Shown one piece after another: positions 1 to 16,138 of a DNA stretch of 64,000 nt. Made by a program: the position numbers and the translations under genes. Source of the stretch: the human T2T-CHM13v2.0 reference genome, Homo sapiens. Positions within the stretch are counted from its first letter, which is position 1, and every line of letters begins with the position of its first letter. The notes beneath the pieces are model-generated. The model worked only from the letters and a program-made list of their open reading frames with translations. It was not told where the DNA came from and did not search any database. The stretch is taken from NCBI RefSeq assembly GCF_009914755.1, contig NC_060927.1; one strand, given 5' to 3'.

Positions 1-723
1 CAAGTTATTTTATTTTGCTAATACTCTTCCTTCATTGATAATATTTAGAATAATGGTGGTTTCTAAACCACAAAATTTGCTGTGAGAATTAAATAAGGTA
101 ATGCATCTAAAGCACTTAGCATAAAGGGTGGTGCTCAAATGATAACTATAAGTGGTACTCTCATTTATGAACTTAGTTGCTGCCTGTCTTGGGAATGTAA
201 TGGGGGACAGAGATTGCTTCCTTCTCTTAATTTCTGAAAGGGAACATAATAGATTAAAAGGATCACTATTACCATGCCTTATAACTGTCTTTCTGAATTT
301 TTTCTATCTGGCCATATTACTAAAATGCCTGAGAATTTTATGTAGTCAGGCATCTTTGTTTGTTTGTTTTAAGATAACAGTAGAAAAGCATTTATTCTGA
401 TTATGTTCTATCACGGATCTTAAAAAATCACATTCTTTTTTTCCCTTAACAAAGTTCATTCCTGATGGGGCATGTATGAATAAGTTGGTAAAAGAAAACA
501 AAACAAACAAAAAATATCCCCACTGAAGGCACCTGAGGCTAGGGTTGTGGGTTTCATTGAGACTACCAAAGGCAAGACAAATTGTAGGTGTGAGTAGGTT
601 GGAAAATGTATCAATTTCCCTTTATCATTCCCTCCCAGCAGGGCTTGTGCAGGCAATAATAGGAAGGGCTCCAGGTAGAGAGCCAGATGTTTAAAGGCAA
701 CTATGTCTGGACCTTCCTGGGAC

Positions 724-791
724 AGGGTTCATCTCAGGAAGCATCCTCTGCCTGGAAAGGGTTCATCTCAGGAAGCATCCTCTGCCTGGAA
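724..791. repeat. Perfect 34-bp tandem duplication
   Basis: AGGGTTCATCTCAGGAAGCATCCTCTGCCTGGAA at 724-757 and again at 758-791. Confidence 0.95.
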
Positions 792-1909
792 AAGTGTAAA
801 TTCACAAAGGCAAACCCTAAATTCACCCAGGCTCTTTTTTCATTCAAGTGCAATAATCTCTATTTCTGGATGAAATTATTTGGCAATGGTGATCCCAGTA
901 CTGATTCAATCTCAGAAGAAGAGTCAAGGACTGCATTGTGTTCAAGGTAAAAGTGGGATGGTGACCACTGAAGACGACATGGTCTGTACTATGAGAATAG
1001 TGTTTTCATGAACCCTCCCTTCATCTGACAGGCAACAAGCTATTTATTTCTCTTTGACTGAGTATTATTATTGCTGTATCATCATTGTCATTATTATAGA
1101 TATATTTGAAGCACCTATCACAGCAATTCACCATTGTTAGGTATAATAATTATTTTTATAATAGCTATTAGGCTAATAAGGCATGTTAGACTTCGCACCC
1201 ACTGGTTCATTTACTTTCACTTATATCCTATTTTAACTGAAGTTAGTTACTCATGGTCACTCATATAAGTGACAAGGTATTTAGAGAAATGATTTCCATG
1301 GTTTTATTTAGCTGAGTCCATTTGTACAAACTGAATACAATTAAGGTCAGTATTTGTATGAATCAAGAGTATGATAATCAAGAATCCAGAGTTTGATATA
1401 ATGAGATAACACTGACTTCCTACTTTCCCAGGACTAGGGATGGTGGTTTGAAGTAGAGCAGCTTACCTGCAAAGAACCTCTTCTCTCAGTCTCATTGATG
1501 TTAGAATCTTTTTTTTCTTTTCATTTCCTTAAATGACTATTTGCTGGAGATGGTACTGCTAGAGATTCAGCTTGCTTGATTGTTGAACATACAATCATCT
1601 CAGGTTTATTTATATACATGATTAAATAAAATATAATAGAGATCATTTTGAAATCCAGTGCATTCTAAAGACACTGCAAATGAACATTCATGTGAGTGTA
1701 GAAATGAGTCATTCATGTTTATTTACTGGCTGGTAACAGTAGAGGTCAGTTGGTTTCAAAGACCATTTAGTTGAATGCTACAGCATTGAATTAAACAGTC
1801 ATTTAAAAATACTTTTACTTTGCATTAATATAAATTGAATTTAAGTTATTTGAATTGCTTTTTAAAATATAGAGACCAGCATTTTAATGGGCATTTGTTG
1901 TACTATTTA

Positions 1910-2086
<177 letters not shown>

Positions 2087-2385
2087 AATAAATCTAGAGT
2101 CTGTCCTTAAGTGGACAGAATTTAAACATTTATAAACAATCTTGTTAGTTAATCTTACTCTTTAACTTTTTCTATAAAGAGGTATAAACTTGTGGAGAAG
2201 GCTCTTGATTAGCTCAGTTTCACTGGTATCCCCTTCTTTCAGGCATAGCACTGAATCTAAAGAATGTTTTCTGATTCACACGCAGATTGATTCTTACAAG
2301 ATATAGATTAAAGAAGCAAATGAAGGGAAAAAATGCCTTCCACTGGATGCTGTGGGAGATATTAAAATATTTACATAGTGTGTGT

Positions 2386-2908
2386 CAAGGATCCCCAAAC
2401 CTCGGGCCACAGACCAGTACTGCTCCATGGTCTGTTAGGAACTGGGCCACACAGCAGGAAGTGAGTGGCGGGTGAGTGAGCAAAGCTTAATCTGTATTTA
2501 CAGTTCCTCCCCATCACTCACATCACCACCTGAGCTCCACCTTCTGTCAGATCAGCCATGGCATTAGAGTCTCATAGAAATGCAAACCCTACTGTGAACT
2601 GCACATGCAAGGGATCTAGATTTTGTGTTCCTTACAAGAACCTAATGCTTGATAATCTGTCACTGTCTTCCATCACCCCGAGATGGGACTGTCTAGTTGC
2701 AGGAAAACAAGCTCAGGGCTCCCACTGATTCTACCTTATGTTGAGTTGTATAATTGTTACCTATCACAATGTAATAATAATAGAAATAAAGTGCACAATA
2801 AATGTAATACACTTGAATCATCCTAAAACCATCCCCCTTACCCCGGTCTGTGGAAAAATTGTCTTCCACAAAACTGGTCCCTGGTGCCAAAAAAATTGGA
2901 AACTGCTG
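2386..2908. mobile_element. MER1A-like hAT-Charlie non-autonomous DNA transposon
   Basis: Starts CAAGGATCCCCAAACC...GGGCCACAGACCAGTAC and ends GGTCCCTGGTGCCAAAAAAATTGGAAACTGCTG. ~520 bp, matching recalled MER1A. Confidence 0.8.
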
Positions 2909-2911
2909 GTT

Positions 2912-2915
<4 letters not shown>

Positions 2916-2950
<35 letters not shown>
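2916..2950. repeat. (CA)n microsatellite
   Basis: Uninterrupted AC dinucleotide run. Confidence 0.95.
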
Positions 2951-2953
<3 letters not shown>

Positions 2954-3228
2954 TCTATATATAGATCTATATAAGTGCATACTTGTATGTATATGTATAT
3001 ATGCTTATCTATTGAAAGGATGTAAATTTCTTCTTTCATTTGCTAGTGTGAGTGATTATTTTTATAGATTTTCAAATATGCAACTATAATTGCACTTCAG
3101 AAAAAATTCAACTGGTATCATTTTATTTGCTATTAAAGTCAATTCTCTATTATTTTGTTTAGGATGTTGTATCCACAACTGTGAGTGAAATAGGCCAGTA
3201 ATTTTTGTTTCTCATATGTTCTTTATGG

Positions 3229-3366
3229 CAGTGGCTCTCAACTGGGGTGATTTTGTACCCCAGAGGCACTTGTCAATGTTCGGAGACACTATTGATTTTC
3301 ACGACTGAGGGGAGTAGGTGCCACTGGCATCTAGTGGATGGAGGTCAGAATGTTGCTAAACATCCC
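3229..3366. mobile_element. MER20 fragment (hAT-Charlie)
   Basis: CAGTGGCTCTCAACTGGGGTGATTTTG...ACTGGCATCTAGTGG...GCTAAACATCC resembles MER20 consensus. Confidence 0.7.
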
Positions 3367-3609
3367 CTTCTTCTGTAATTCTGATTATACTGCTTCAGAT
3401 TTCAACCATTTAACTTTATGTTTTAGAAATATCATTTTTCTCAAATTTATAGATTATCTTTTGTATGTATGCTCATTTTTATAGTTGTATTATCTTCTTT
3501 TGCTATTTCACATATAAGCCTTCTATATTCCATATCTGAATCCAGCATCTGGGGTCCTTGTGGAAGGTCTAAATCTATTGTTCCTTATTTCTAGGACCAT
3601 TAGTTACAC

Positions 3610-3810
3610 TCTCTTCCCTTTCATGTTATATACACTAATACCTCTGTTCCATAACTTCTTACAGAGCACTGTACTTATTTACACATTTGTACTGTCAATT
3701 AGATTGGGGATATCTCCTGGGAAAGAACCATGTCTTATCACTTTTTCATCCCCAGCACACAGTTGTCTAGCACATAGGGGGATTCCATAAATGCTTATTG
3801 AATGAATGAA
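3610..3810 (+). mobile_element. L2 3' end fragment
   Basis: CCCCAGCACAC...CTAGCACATAG...ATAAATGCTTATTGAATGAATGAA, a typical L2 tail. Confidence 0.65.
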
Positions 3811-5804
3811 TACCATCATCCTTTCAAACATACAAGCATACAGTCAATATGGCTTTTATTCATTTTATTCATTTCCTTATCTACAGATTCTAATCATGCT
3901 GAAATTGTCACTTAAAGTTTGACTAGTTAAACTATTTGGTTATCAGTAGGTCTTAATGTAAGTATTTGCTGATAACAAGTCATTTGAAAGGGAAAAATCA
4001 CATTTTTTTGTTTCTAGGGAGCAAATCAAAGACTTTTGGCTTGCTTTCAGCTTTCTGAAAAGTTTCTTCATATGGCTTGTCTAAATTATTGGTGCCACAA
4101 CGTAAGTAGTGTGGCTATTCAAGCACGGTAATCTTGTGGTGTCAAAGAAGTTTTCTAAATGAAATGGTAACTAATATTACTATATATTCTAATAAATTAA
4201 CTTAGAAAGATAGTGAACATTGTTTGGACATTTGAGATAAATTCTTCTATTTGAGAGAAATAAATGAACATATACTATACATTGATAAAGGCATATTGTT
4301 TAAATAATTGATTGTTAAAATATTTTAAAGTAATTTTAATGATATTTTGGATTTTTTTTTCTAAAGCATATGGAAATGATTAAGTGAATAAACAGAGAAT
4401 ATAATTCAGCATGCCACTGTGGTGGAATTACAGAATATTTCAGCTTCCAAAAGGCTTCTATAGTTGGAATTCCAGGGAAATTAAATGATTTGGACAAGGT
4501 AACAGTGCTAGTTGATGAGCAAAATGACACCAGAAGCCAAACTTTCTTATTTGTTACCCACTGTCCTTTCCCTTTGATGTGGTTGATGGGCAGCATGAAC
4601 CGGATGCAGACTAGTCTGACTGTGGGGTCACAGTGTTGTGGGGGTAGAGAGGCCCTCAACTCATAGAAGCCATGATTGTCAGAGGAGGGAAATTAAGACC
4701 CTGAGAGATTGACTGATTTCCTCCAAGTCCTAGACAATTTATTTGTAAAGCAAAAAACAGAATCCAGTTCCCCTTTTCCCATTTGTCATTCTTCTTCATT
4801 GAAAAATCAATCTGGTCAGTAAACATTTATTGGGTAACTACTATATGTCCAGCACTGTGCTGGGTAATTCGAGAATACCCAACCCATATTTTAGTACAGA
4901 GTATGGTTTATTTCTTCACAGAGTTTCAGTATTATTAAGCATCCTGAATATAAAATGATTGTGTGATATTTTACATGAAAGTCAAGTAATTATATTATAT
5001 CCTTTGAGAGTTCACTCAGGCTAGCTCTTTGCCTCCAAGCAGCATGGTGTCTAAACCAGCTAGTTGTTTACCCTAGTATTAGAGATCTCCAAGGGAGGAC
5101 ATCTTTTAATAACTCTTGTGATCAGGAAAGCGTTCCTTATATGTCACCTATATTGCTCCCGTTTAAGCCTGTGTGTTTTATTTTCTTCTTAGTTCAGAGA
5201 CACTTAAATAATCAGTAATTCTCCACACACTTACAGCACACTAATGTGTAGTTGTTCAACTTAGTAAAAACATTTATTGTGCCAAATATAGTCTGTTGGC
5301 ACTTGAAGAATAAAATATGATATATGTATACACATACACATGCATATTTATTTTGAGTTTATTAAGAAAACTTGAAATCATTATGAAGAATTTTTCTACT
5401 TCTGCATGTTGCTTCTCTTAATAGTCACTTATAAAGGAACTCTGTACCTCTTTCTATTGGTGTTGTGGAGCATGCAAAGTAACAGCAGTTCCCTGGCCTC
5501 AAAGAGCTAGCCAAATACTGGAGTAGTTAACTATCGGAATTGCCAACCATTGAAATTTATACAGATGAAGAATAATTTGAAAAAAATCCAATATAGTCTA
5601 TCTACATATACTAAAGATTGTCCATTTTGAATTTATAGAAACACATTTACAATACAGAATAACTACATTTAAAAGGTTTGAACCACTTAAAATGTGGGGG
5701 ATTTATCTACTTGATTCATAATTGTATTCAGAGTTTTTTTTCTTATTATTCACCAAGCACGTATCAGACCCTTACACTGTGCTCCATGTCAAACAAAGAG
5801 CACA

Positions 5805-5935
5805 AATTTTCGGTTCAAATATTGACTCTAACATTTACTAGCTGTGAGACTTAGAGCAAGTTATTTAGTATCTATGGGCTTTCCCTTCATCTATAAAACC
5901 AGAGTAATAATACTTAGCCTTATATAGGTTGAAAG
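5805..5935 (+). mobile_element. MIR fragment
   Basis: GGTTCAAAT...TTTACTAGCTGTGAGACTTAGAGCAAG...TTTCCCTTCATCTATAAAA MIR core. Confidence 0.6.
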
Positions 5936-8900
5936 ATCAAATAAGATGTAGTTTGAAAGCATCTTGATGGTAGGAAAACCTTCTTTCCCCTGTTTCGTGC
6001 TCACCTAAAGAGGGATTGTTTATTAGTAACATTCTTGACCTCTGTCTGCACCCCACATCTCCCACTCCCTTCTTACCAAGAGAAGAGGTGTGAAAATACC
6101 TCACTGGTGAGTTTGGGGAAATAAATTGGTCTGTTGGGTTTAGCTCACATTCATATTTTCTCTTTGGGGCTTGCAAATGCCTGCAAAAAGTGACCATTCT
6201 GGTCTGCTTCTCTGCTTAAATGGAAGTTTCACCATGCCAGGACCCCACATGAAGAAGACAGGTTTTCCATCTACACCTGGGACCAAGTGGGAGAGTTTGT
6301 CTAATTCTGCATGCATTTTTGGGAAGCCCATTGTTGCTGCACCCTTAAATTCTCTTATCCAGTTTCAATTTTAACAAAAATAAAATGGATATTTTGTCTC
6401 CATATGCCTATTTTGAATTAGATCTCAATTAATTCAAAATTCAGGCAGGCAACATGAATTTGTTATTGTATCCCCTCAAAATAGTAGCACTTTATATTTG
6501 CCTAATGCTTAGGAAATTTTATTTCTCTCCAGTTTTTTTTTAATTTCCTCCTATGCTATTTGTTGTTGAAGATTTAAAAAAATGTACAATATTATCTTTT
6601 TCTCTCCCAGGAGCTTCCAGTTCAATAAAGGAGATTAGATGGATACACAAACAGCTATAGTGTAAGATAGCAGGAGTAAATATAAGGCAGGCACAAGTGC
6701 TATGAGAATTAAGAGGAGAAAAAGATAACCCACTGTTGAATCAAAATGGGCTGCAAGGAACTGGGACAGACACTAATCACTTAGCCCTGGGACTGAACAA
6801 CCAACCTTCCATTTCTTTAATTTCCTTAATAAATTCCCTAGTGGAGTTCTGCCCAATATGACTTGTCCTGCTGTCTCTTGTGTCTCTTGATTGACACTGG
6901 ACGGCATCCGGGATTTTAACAACAAAGCTGCTACTGCTGTTCCCAAGACATTCCTTACAGAAATTTCTGAGAGTATTCTTAGATATATGTGTCTTTTAGA
7001 CTAGAGTGAAAACACATATAATTCAAATCTGAAACTCTGTTATGAAAATGGAAATCAACTTTATTTATAGTTAAGCCAGTCTTTTAAATAAAGTCCATCA
7101 TTTCTCCCCCAATAATCCTGAGTAATTCCTTCAATACCTCAGCTTTCAGCTAACACTTAACTGTAGTCAACAGAGTATCTACAAGTGAGAGGAGCTGGAA
7201 GAGACTATAGCTCATACAGATTCCCCAAGGTGAGCTGGCTCACTTAGCAGATTTCATTAGGGATGTGCAGATTTATGGCAGTTATGGCTTCTACAGGTAG
7301 TGCCAAAAGAGGCAGACAAGAAAAAAAAAAGACGTCTTAGAGGTCTGTGGCTGACAAGCAAGACATCAAAAGGCTTCTTATTGCCTCAGCAGCCCATGCC
7401 ACTCTTACTACAAAAACAATGAAGCAGAAGCAGCCAATCAGGGCAAATGGCTGTGTGAAGCTGTCTGAATGTGGTGAGCAGCAAGATACCTCCTTACCAA
7501 AATTTGGCTCATGGTCCTTAAATTTTACTGTAAATTGGGAAGCATAAAATATTTTATATTCTGAAGAATAAAACTTTTAGTTTCATTCACAATTATTTTT
7601 TAGTTTTTCTGTTTAGTAGTCTTAAAAATGAGCTGATATTTTTAAAAGACTGTATTATTACATTTACTTCCCAGAAATATTTTCCAACTGATGCATCCTG
7701 GCTTGAATTCTTCAGATGTGTGTTTACCTTGTAGGTATTTTTTGTATTATGAAATCATACCTACCAAAAGATCAGTGTGATCCTGTATTCTAAAGCATGA
7801 TCCTTTTAGACTTCTGAAATGTAGAGGGTTGGTTCCTGCCCTTACAAGATCCATATTCCTTTCTATTACTATCATAAAAGTAGTTACGGATGACTGACTT
7901 TTTAATTTTCTTGCTATAAGAAATTCCTTCATCAATTTTTAAATAATGGAGACTTATTTTTCTTGCAATAAGGACTTATTAAGGGAGCCTATGAATACAT
8001 ATGTGTGATTTTTAATCAGGAAATAAGTCAGTTAAAGTTGATTTGTTATTTTGCTGCTATTGACTTTCATGTGTTTGTATTTTTAGTGGCCTTCTGATGA
8101 CCAGTCATCCTCAGCATATGATATCATAGAAAGAAATGAAGGTACTCATTTCTGAAAAAAACTATATACTGTAGTTCATAAATTCAAGTTAATTTTCTGT
8201 TTTTATTATTAATTCCAATTCTGAGTTTGTCAACAGGCCAGGTCTGTACTTCCTTGAATTTAATTTAGATCATAATAAAAGGATAGCACTCATTTTATTT
8301 GTCCCAATGGATGCATGTGATGCGTGTATTCCACATGTATTACTGGTAAACCCAACCTTCTGAGAGTATGCATATTTATTTGTATTTTTACTTTATATCT
8401 TCTCTATGAGTATCTCATTGGTAAGAGCATATTCCTAAGAATAGTAATATTGTAAACATACAGAATTCTTTATGCTATTACAAATACAAATGTCTTATAT
8501 TTCACATTTCCTATAAATAGGAAAGATATATGAAAAGAATCTGGAGAACTTTTCTAAAAAGTGTTGTTCTCATTTTAATAAGGAAGATAGCAGGTCTCTA
8601 ACATTGTATGAAATCACAGGCTTTTGTGATTATCAAAATACACAGAGTGATTATAAATTAATTATTGTCATTCAAATATGATTTTTTAAGTCTATCTTGC
8701 AGAATGAGAAAGGCAGTTAATGTTGTATAAAGCCATTTGAAAATATTCAAGTAATAGACCACCTGAAGGGAACTGCATACTGTAGGAGGTCATTGCTGGC
8801 TAGGAACACACATAGGAAGGGAACAGGTGTTAGCTTTGGTTGGTCTCAGACTGGCACTGGGTCCTAGTGACTCCCAGTTCAGGGTTGGGATAGAGAAGAG

Positions 8901-9339
8901 CAGAACTAAGATACCCTAGGTTTCTCTGTCTGTGTGGGCATGAGAGGTCGGGGAGAAGGGCAGGAGAGAGGAGAGACAAGAATAATCATGTAAAGGAATG
9001 CATTTTATACATATATACTTTATGCCGTATCAAACACATGTTTCTAAGTTATAAAGTTCTGTAGTTCTGACAAGCTTACTGAAGTGGGACACTTCAAATC
9101 TTATAGCGGTCTCAGCAATAGCATAAACCATCCAGATGAGATGTGCAAACAAAATGTCTTTTCTCTGCTTGATGTATATTTAATAATTTTTTAGCATGAC
9201 TAAGATGACCCCTGTGGTAATCCATCAAAAAATGTAGACAAGAATAAGAAAAAAGTTGTTTATAAATTGCTTTTCATTGGTGAGAAAATAAGTTGATTTA
9301 AAATCATCTGTTGTATAATTTTGAACAAGTGAACTGGAA

Positions 9340-9530
9340 GCTTCTGTATTTAAATCATTTATCTATTTATTTTTGTATTTATTTTAAAATATATTTATAT
9401 CTATATTTATTTTTCTGTATTCAAATCTTTTGTAATTAAATTTTCTGTATAAATATATAACATATTTATATTTATTTTTAAATATATTTATTTTATATTT
9501 ATTTTTCTGTATTTAAATCACTGGTCTATT
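9340..9530. repeat. AT-rich degenerate tandem repeat / low complexity
   Basis: Recurring TTCTGTATT(T/C)AAATC and TATATTTATTTTT units. Confidence 0.7.
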
Positions 9531-9764
9531 TACTTTTATATCACTTCTTTTATTTTAAATAATCATCACATTTTGGTGGCCTGACTGAGCTTTGGAAAAC
9601 AAATTAAAACTGCAGCTAGGAAAATTAGGTTAATTATAATTCATTCGATGCTGTCTTTATTAAAAGTGAATTGATTTAATCCCTGTAAAAAACCCTAAGG
9701 CATGAGAAAGCAAAATAGCTGTGTAAAAGCTTAGTGTACTCAACAATTAGAAGATACTACAGTT

Positions 9765-9907
9765 CAGTACTTAATGTGCATATGAATCACCTTAGATCTT
9801 GTTAAAATGCAGATTCTGATTCAGCAGGTGTGGGATCAGCCTAAGAATCTGCATTTCTACCAGGCTCCTGGGATTTGAGATGATGCTGATCCAGTGACCA
9901 CACTGGG
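9765..9907. mobile_element. MER5A
   Basis: GAATCACC...CTTGTTAAAATGCAGATTCTGATTCAG...GAATCTGCATTTCTA...GATGCTG. Confidence 0.75.
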
Positions 9908-10044
9908 TAAAAAGGCTTTTGTCAGCTCATTCTCTCAATGTGTCAGATAATAATTAAGCATTTGCTAATTATAATACAGCCATAGAGAAGGGATACAAAA
10001 TGGTGTGAAATGTGGTGCCTGCAATTCTGAAACATTTTAAGAAA

Positions 10045-10610
10045 CCAGTTTGTTGAGATAAAATTCACAGCCCATACATTTCATCCATTTAAATTGTAAA
10101 ATTCAGAAGTTTTCAGTATATTAACAAATATATGCAATCATTATTACAGTAGATTTTAGAACATTTTTATCATGTCAAAAAGAATCCCTATACATTTTAG
10201 GATCACTTCCCTCCACTCCCATCACTCCCATAACCCTAAGCAACCACAAATGTACTCTTTGTCTCTATAGATTTCTCTATACTTTTATATAAATGGAATT
10301 ATATGATATGCAATGTTTTGTGACCGGCTTCTTTCAATTAGCATAGTGTTTTTAAGGTTCATCCATGTTGTATCAGTACTTCATTCCTTTTCATGGACAA
10401 ATAATATTTCATTGTGTAGACATACCACTTTCTGTTTATCCATTTGTCAGTTGATGGACATTTGGGTTGTCTCCACCTTTTGGCTATTACGGCTAATGCT
10501 ACTACAAACATTCATCTGCAAGTTTTGTGTGTAGATAAGTTTTATTTCTCTTGGGTGTATACCTAAGAGTTGAATTGCTGGATTATATGGTAACCATACA
10601 TTTAATTCTT
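10045..10610 (-). mobile_element. Old L1 (L1MB-like) 3' fragment
   Basis: Antisense L1 3' end motifs (GGTTCATCCATGTTGTA, GATGGACATTTGGGTTG, GAATTGCTGGATTATATGGTAAC). Minus-strand ORF 10447..10692 contains LPYNPAIQLLGIHPRE, an ORF2 C-terminal motif. Confidence 0.8.
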
Positions 10611-10840
10611 CTGAAGCTTTTAATTTAGATAAATAGAAAGATTTTAATACATAAATGTTCATATGTGTGTGCATATAAACACACTGTATCAAACAATTGG
10701 CTTCATGAAAAAGGGTCCATGGTCAAATAATTTTGGAGAGTACTACATGCTAAAGCTCTCTTAAATCAGGCAAAAGGGGAGCCATTTCACTTTGTTTAAC
10801 ACAAGTTTCCAAACATGTTTTTCAAACATGTTTGGAAATA

Positions 10841-13021
<2,181 letters not shown>

Positions 13022-15083
13022 TAGGGCAGAGAGTATATTCAGGGAACTAGTGGATGATTTATTGGGGCTAGACAGAGGACAGTTTCAACTCAATAGGTAA
13101 ATCCCCTAGGTAAGTGGATAGGAATGTGGTTTCTGATGGAGGACATCTGAGTAGAGGAATAATAGGGTGGAAATGTGATTTCTGAAAGTTGTTCTGGGCA
13201 TGAGTCATAGGATGTTATAGAAAGACAAAAAGACATGGAAATGACAGGGATACCATTTATGGGCCAGTGAAATTGCCTAGCTATTAATATCCATAAGTTG
13301 TATAAAGAGGGAAGAATCAGTTAATTCTGATGACACAATGGACCCAAGGGAAAGGGGACATATCAAAGTCTCTTTAAGTAAGATGATGATGAATAATAAA
13401 TCTATTATCGATAGCAGAAATGCCAAATGCAGTATGTAGAATAAGTGCATCTTTAAAAGCACTAAACAGAAATATCACATTCCAACCAGATATATCTTAT
13501 GAAATTTCCTGACATTATAGAAAAATGATTATATAAAAATGACGAAGACCTATTTATTCATCCTTTTTTATTTGAAAATTAGTACTTGATTTCTGTATGT
13601 GCCCTGCCATAGGTTTTGATGTTGCCATCTGGCAGAATCTGCTTATTATCTTCATTATGAACCTAGACTTTCTTTTTATGCTGGTTTCTATTTCCCATTA
13701 AATCAAAAGTTATGTCAATTTCAAATTAATGAGAAGTAAGTATAAAGATGGAAACTTCCCCTCAATATTACTATTTTTATGCTTTTGGAGCATAATATTT
13801 AGCACTGCTCAAATCTGGTTGTAAATAATTTCTTTCATTGATGAGATGAACTGTCTTTACTTTTTCTCCTGTTACTATATTTACTGTTTCCCTTTTGTTT
13901 GATGTCATTGGAAAATGAAATTGCCAGATGGTTTGCAAAGAGAAGTGAGCAACAACTCTTTTTTTAAAAAAAAGTTTCTTTATATACAAATAAGTAAGCA
14001 AGCAAACAAAAAAGTATGTTTGCTTAAAAAAAAGAAAGAAAAAAATTTTGCTTAAAAGATACACAGAGACACACTCAGAATCTCAGAGTGTTAATTAGAT
14101 GCTCCTGTTTATATCAGGATGAATATGCCATATATGGGTAATAGTTCCTAAATTAGGTAAAAATGGGGATCTTGAGGAGCCACACATTGTCAGCATAACA
14201 CACAGCATGAAGACAGCCCCCTGGCCAGCCTTTTTCTTTCAGTTATAGCTATTCAAGTCTTCATTTTTACAAGTAGTACTCTCTGATATCAAAACAGATT
14301 CACTCTTTTTGTCCGCATGACTTTAGGCAGTATGAAGATCACTAACGTAGGCATTATGAAACCTTAGTGATTTCAGATTCACCACCAAGTCTATAACCCA
14401 GAATATATCTCTTCACTTCTCTGGGCCTTAATTTGCCCATCTATAAAATGAGACATTAGGAATGGAACATCTTCAAAGTCTCTTTCAGGTTGTAAATGCC
14501 GTAATTCACAAGCGTAAATCTACAAATTTAAGTGTAATTCGAAAGCTGGAATTCTGTGCAAGAGGCCAGGAAAAGATTTTTAGAGGTTATAATGACCACA
14601 TAAAAACTACTTTTCTGAACCTTATAGCTAACACAGAGAACCTATGGTATCTAGTAAGATATGAGATTATATCACATTAGAGGCTAGAAGAGAGCAAAGC
14701 AAAAGCAGCAATTAAATTTTATCACACATTACAGCAGCCGTGGATTCTACTTGGCCTTTTATGCACAGCTTTAAGGTAACCTTGTTTTCCATTTGGCTTT
14801 CTTTGTTTCTGTGTCTCTCCCAAAAACATTTCTTAGATTTCCCCAGTTCTATCCCAGTGTTAGACACCTACCTTGTATTCAATATATTCATGTTGACCTT
14901 ATTGTCATCAATTATCCACATCAGTAGTCAGTTTAGAGGAGATTTTAGACAAGAAAATAAAACATTATGTGTTTTCTCAAATAATTATTTGACTTCCTCA
15001 TTTTTCAATTGAGAGGAATAGCTGCAGTCTCAAATACTTCTGCAAAAAATATATTCACATATTAATTTAAAGTGCTAGTTACA

Positions 15084-15430
<347 letters not shown>

Positions 15431-16138
15431 AAAGTGCAAGTTAGGTTCTTTTTTGCCCAATAAAATGGTTTACATTTGCTGTGCTGGTTCTCAGAAAATA
15501 AATTTTAAATGATAAAAATTTACATGATTTTGTGTGATATATGATATTTATTTTAACAGAACTGCTTATACAAATTTTATCCTTGGATTTCTATATATAC
15601 TTCACACACTCTGATAATTAAGTTCGTAGTTATCATAGATTATTAAGCTTATCAGAACAGAGATGTAGCAATTATAGTTTTAAGGGATTGGTGCTTTTTA
15701 AAATGTTGTTCTTCATAGGTCTTTTCTAATGTGTATGTGATACTGGCCTAAGTGAGAGAGCCAGTAGGCCAAGCTCAAGAATTTGGAGAAAGAAAGAAAA
15801 TTAGATGTCTTTTAAAATTCAACACAAAATCAAGTGGAGAAAAATCAGGAGAATTAATTCTGTTCTCAGAGAGGCTTAAAGAGCCTGACTATAATCTGAT
15901 GGTATTCATAGAGCTTAAGAAGGATCCTGGCAATCAAGTGTGGTCAGATACAGAGATGTACAAAGAGAAAAAACCACCCAGGAATGCCCAGGAAAGATGA
16001 AGCCTTAACCAACAGACTTTGAGAATCCCTGTCCTATGTGCAAATGAATATGTTAGGCTAATTTATCCCATTAAACAGCAAGTTTCATCTCATTGATTCC
16101 ATTTGTTAGATCTCTGTGATAGCTTATATTATAGTTCC

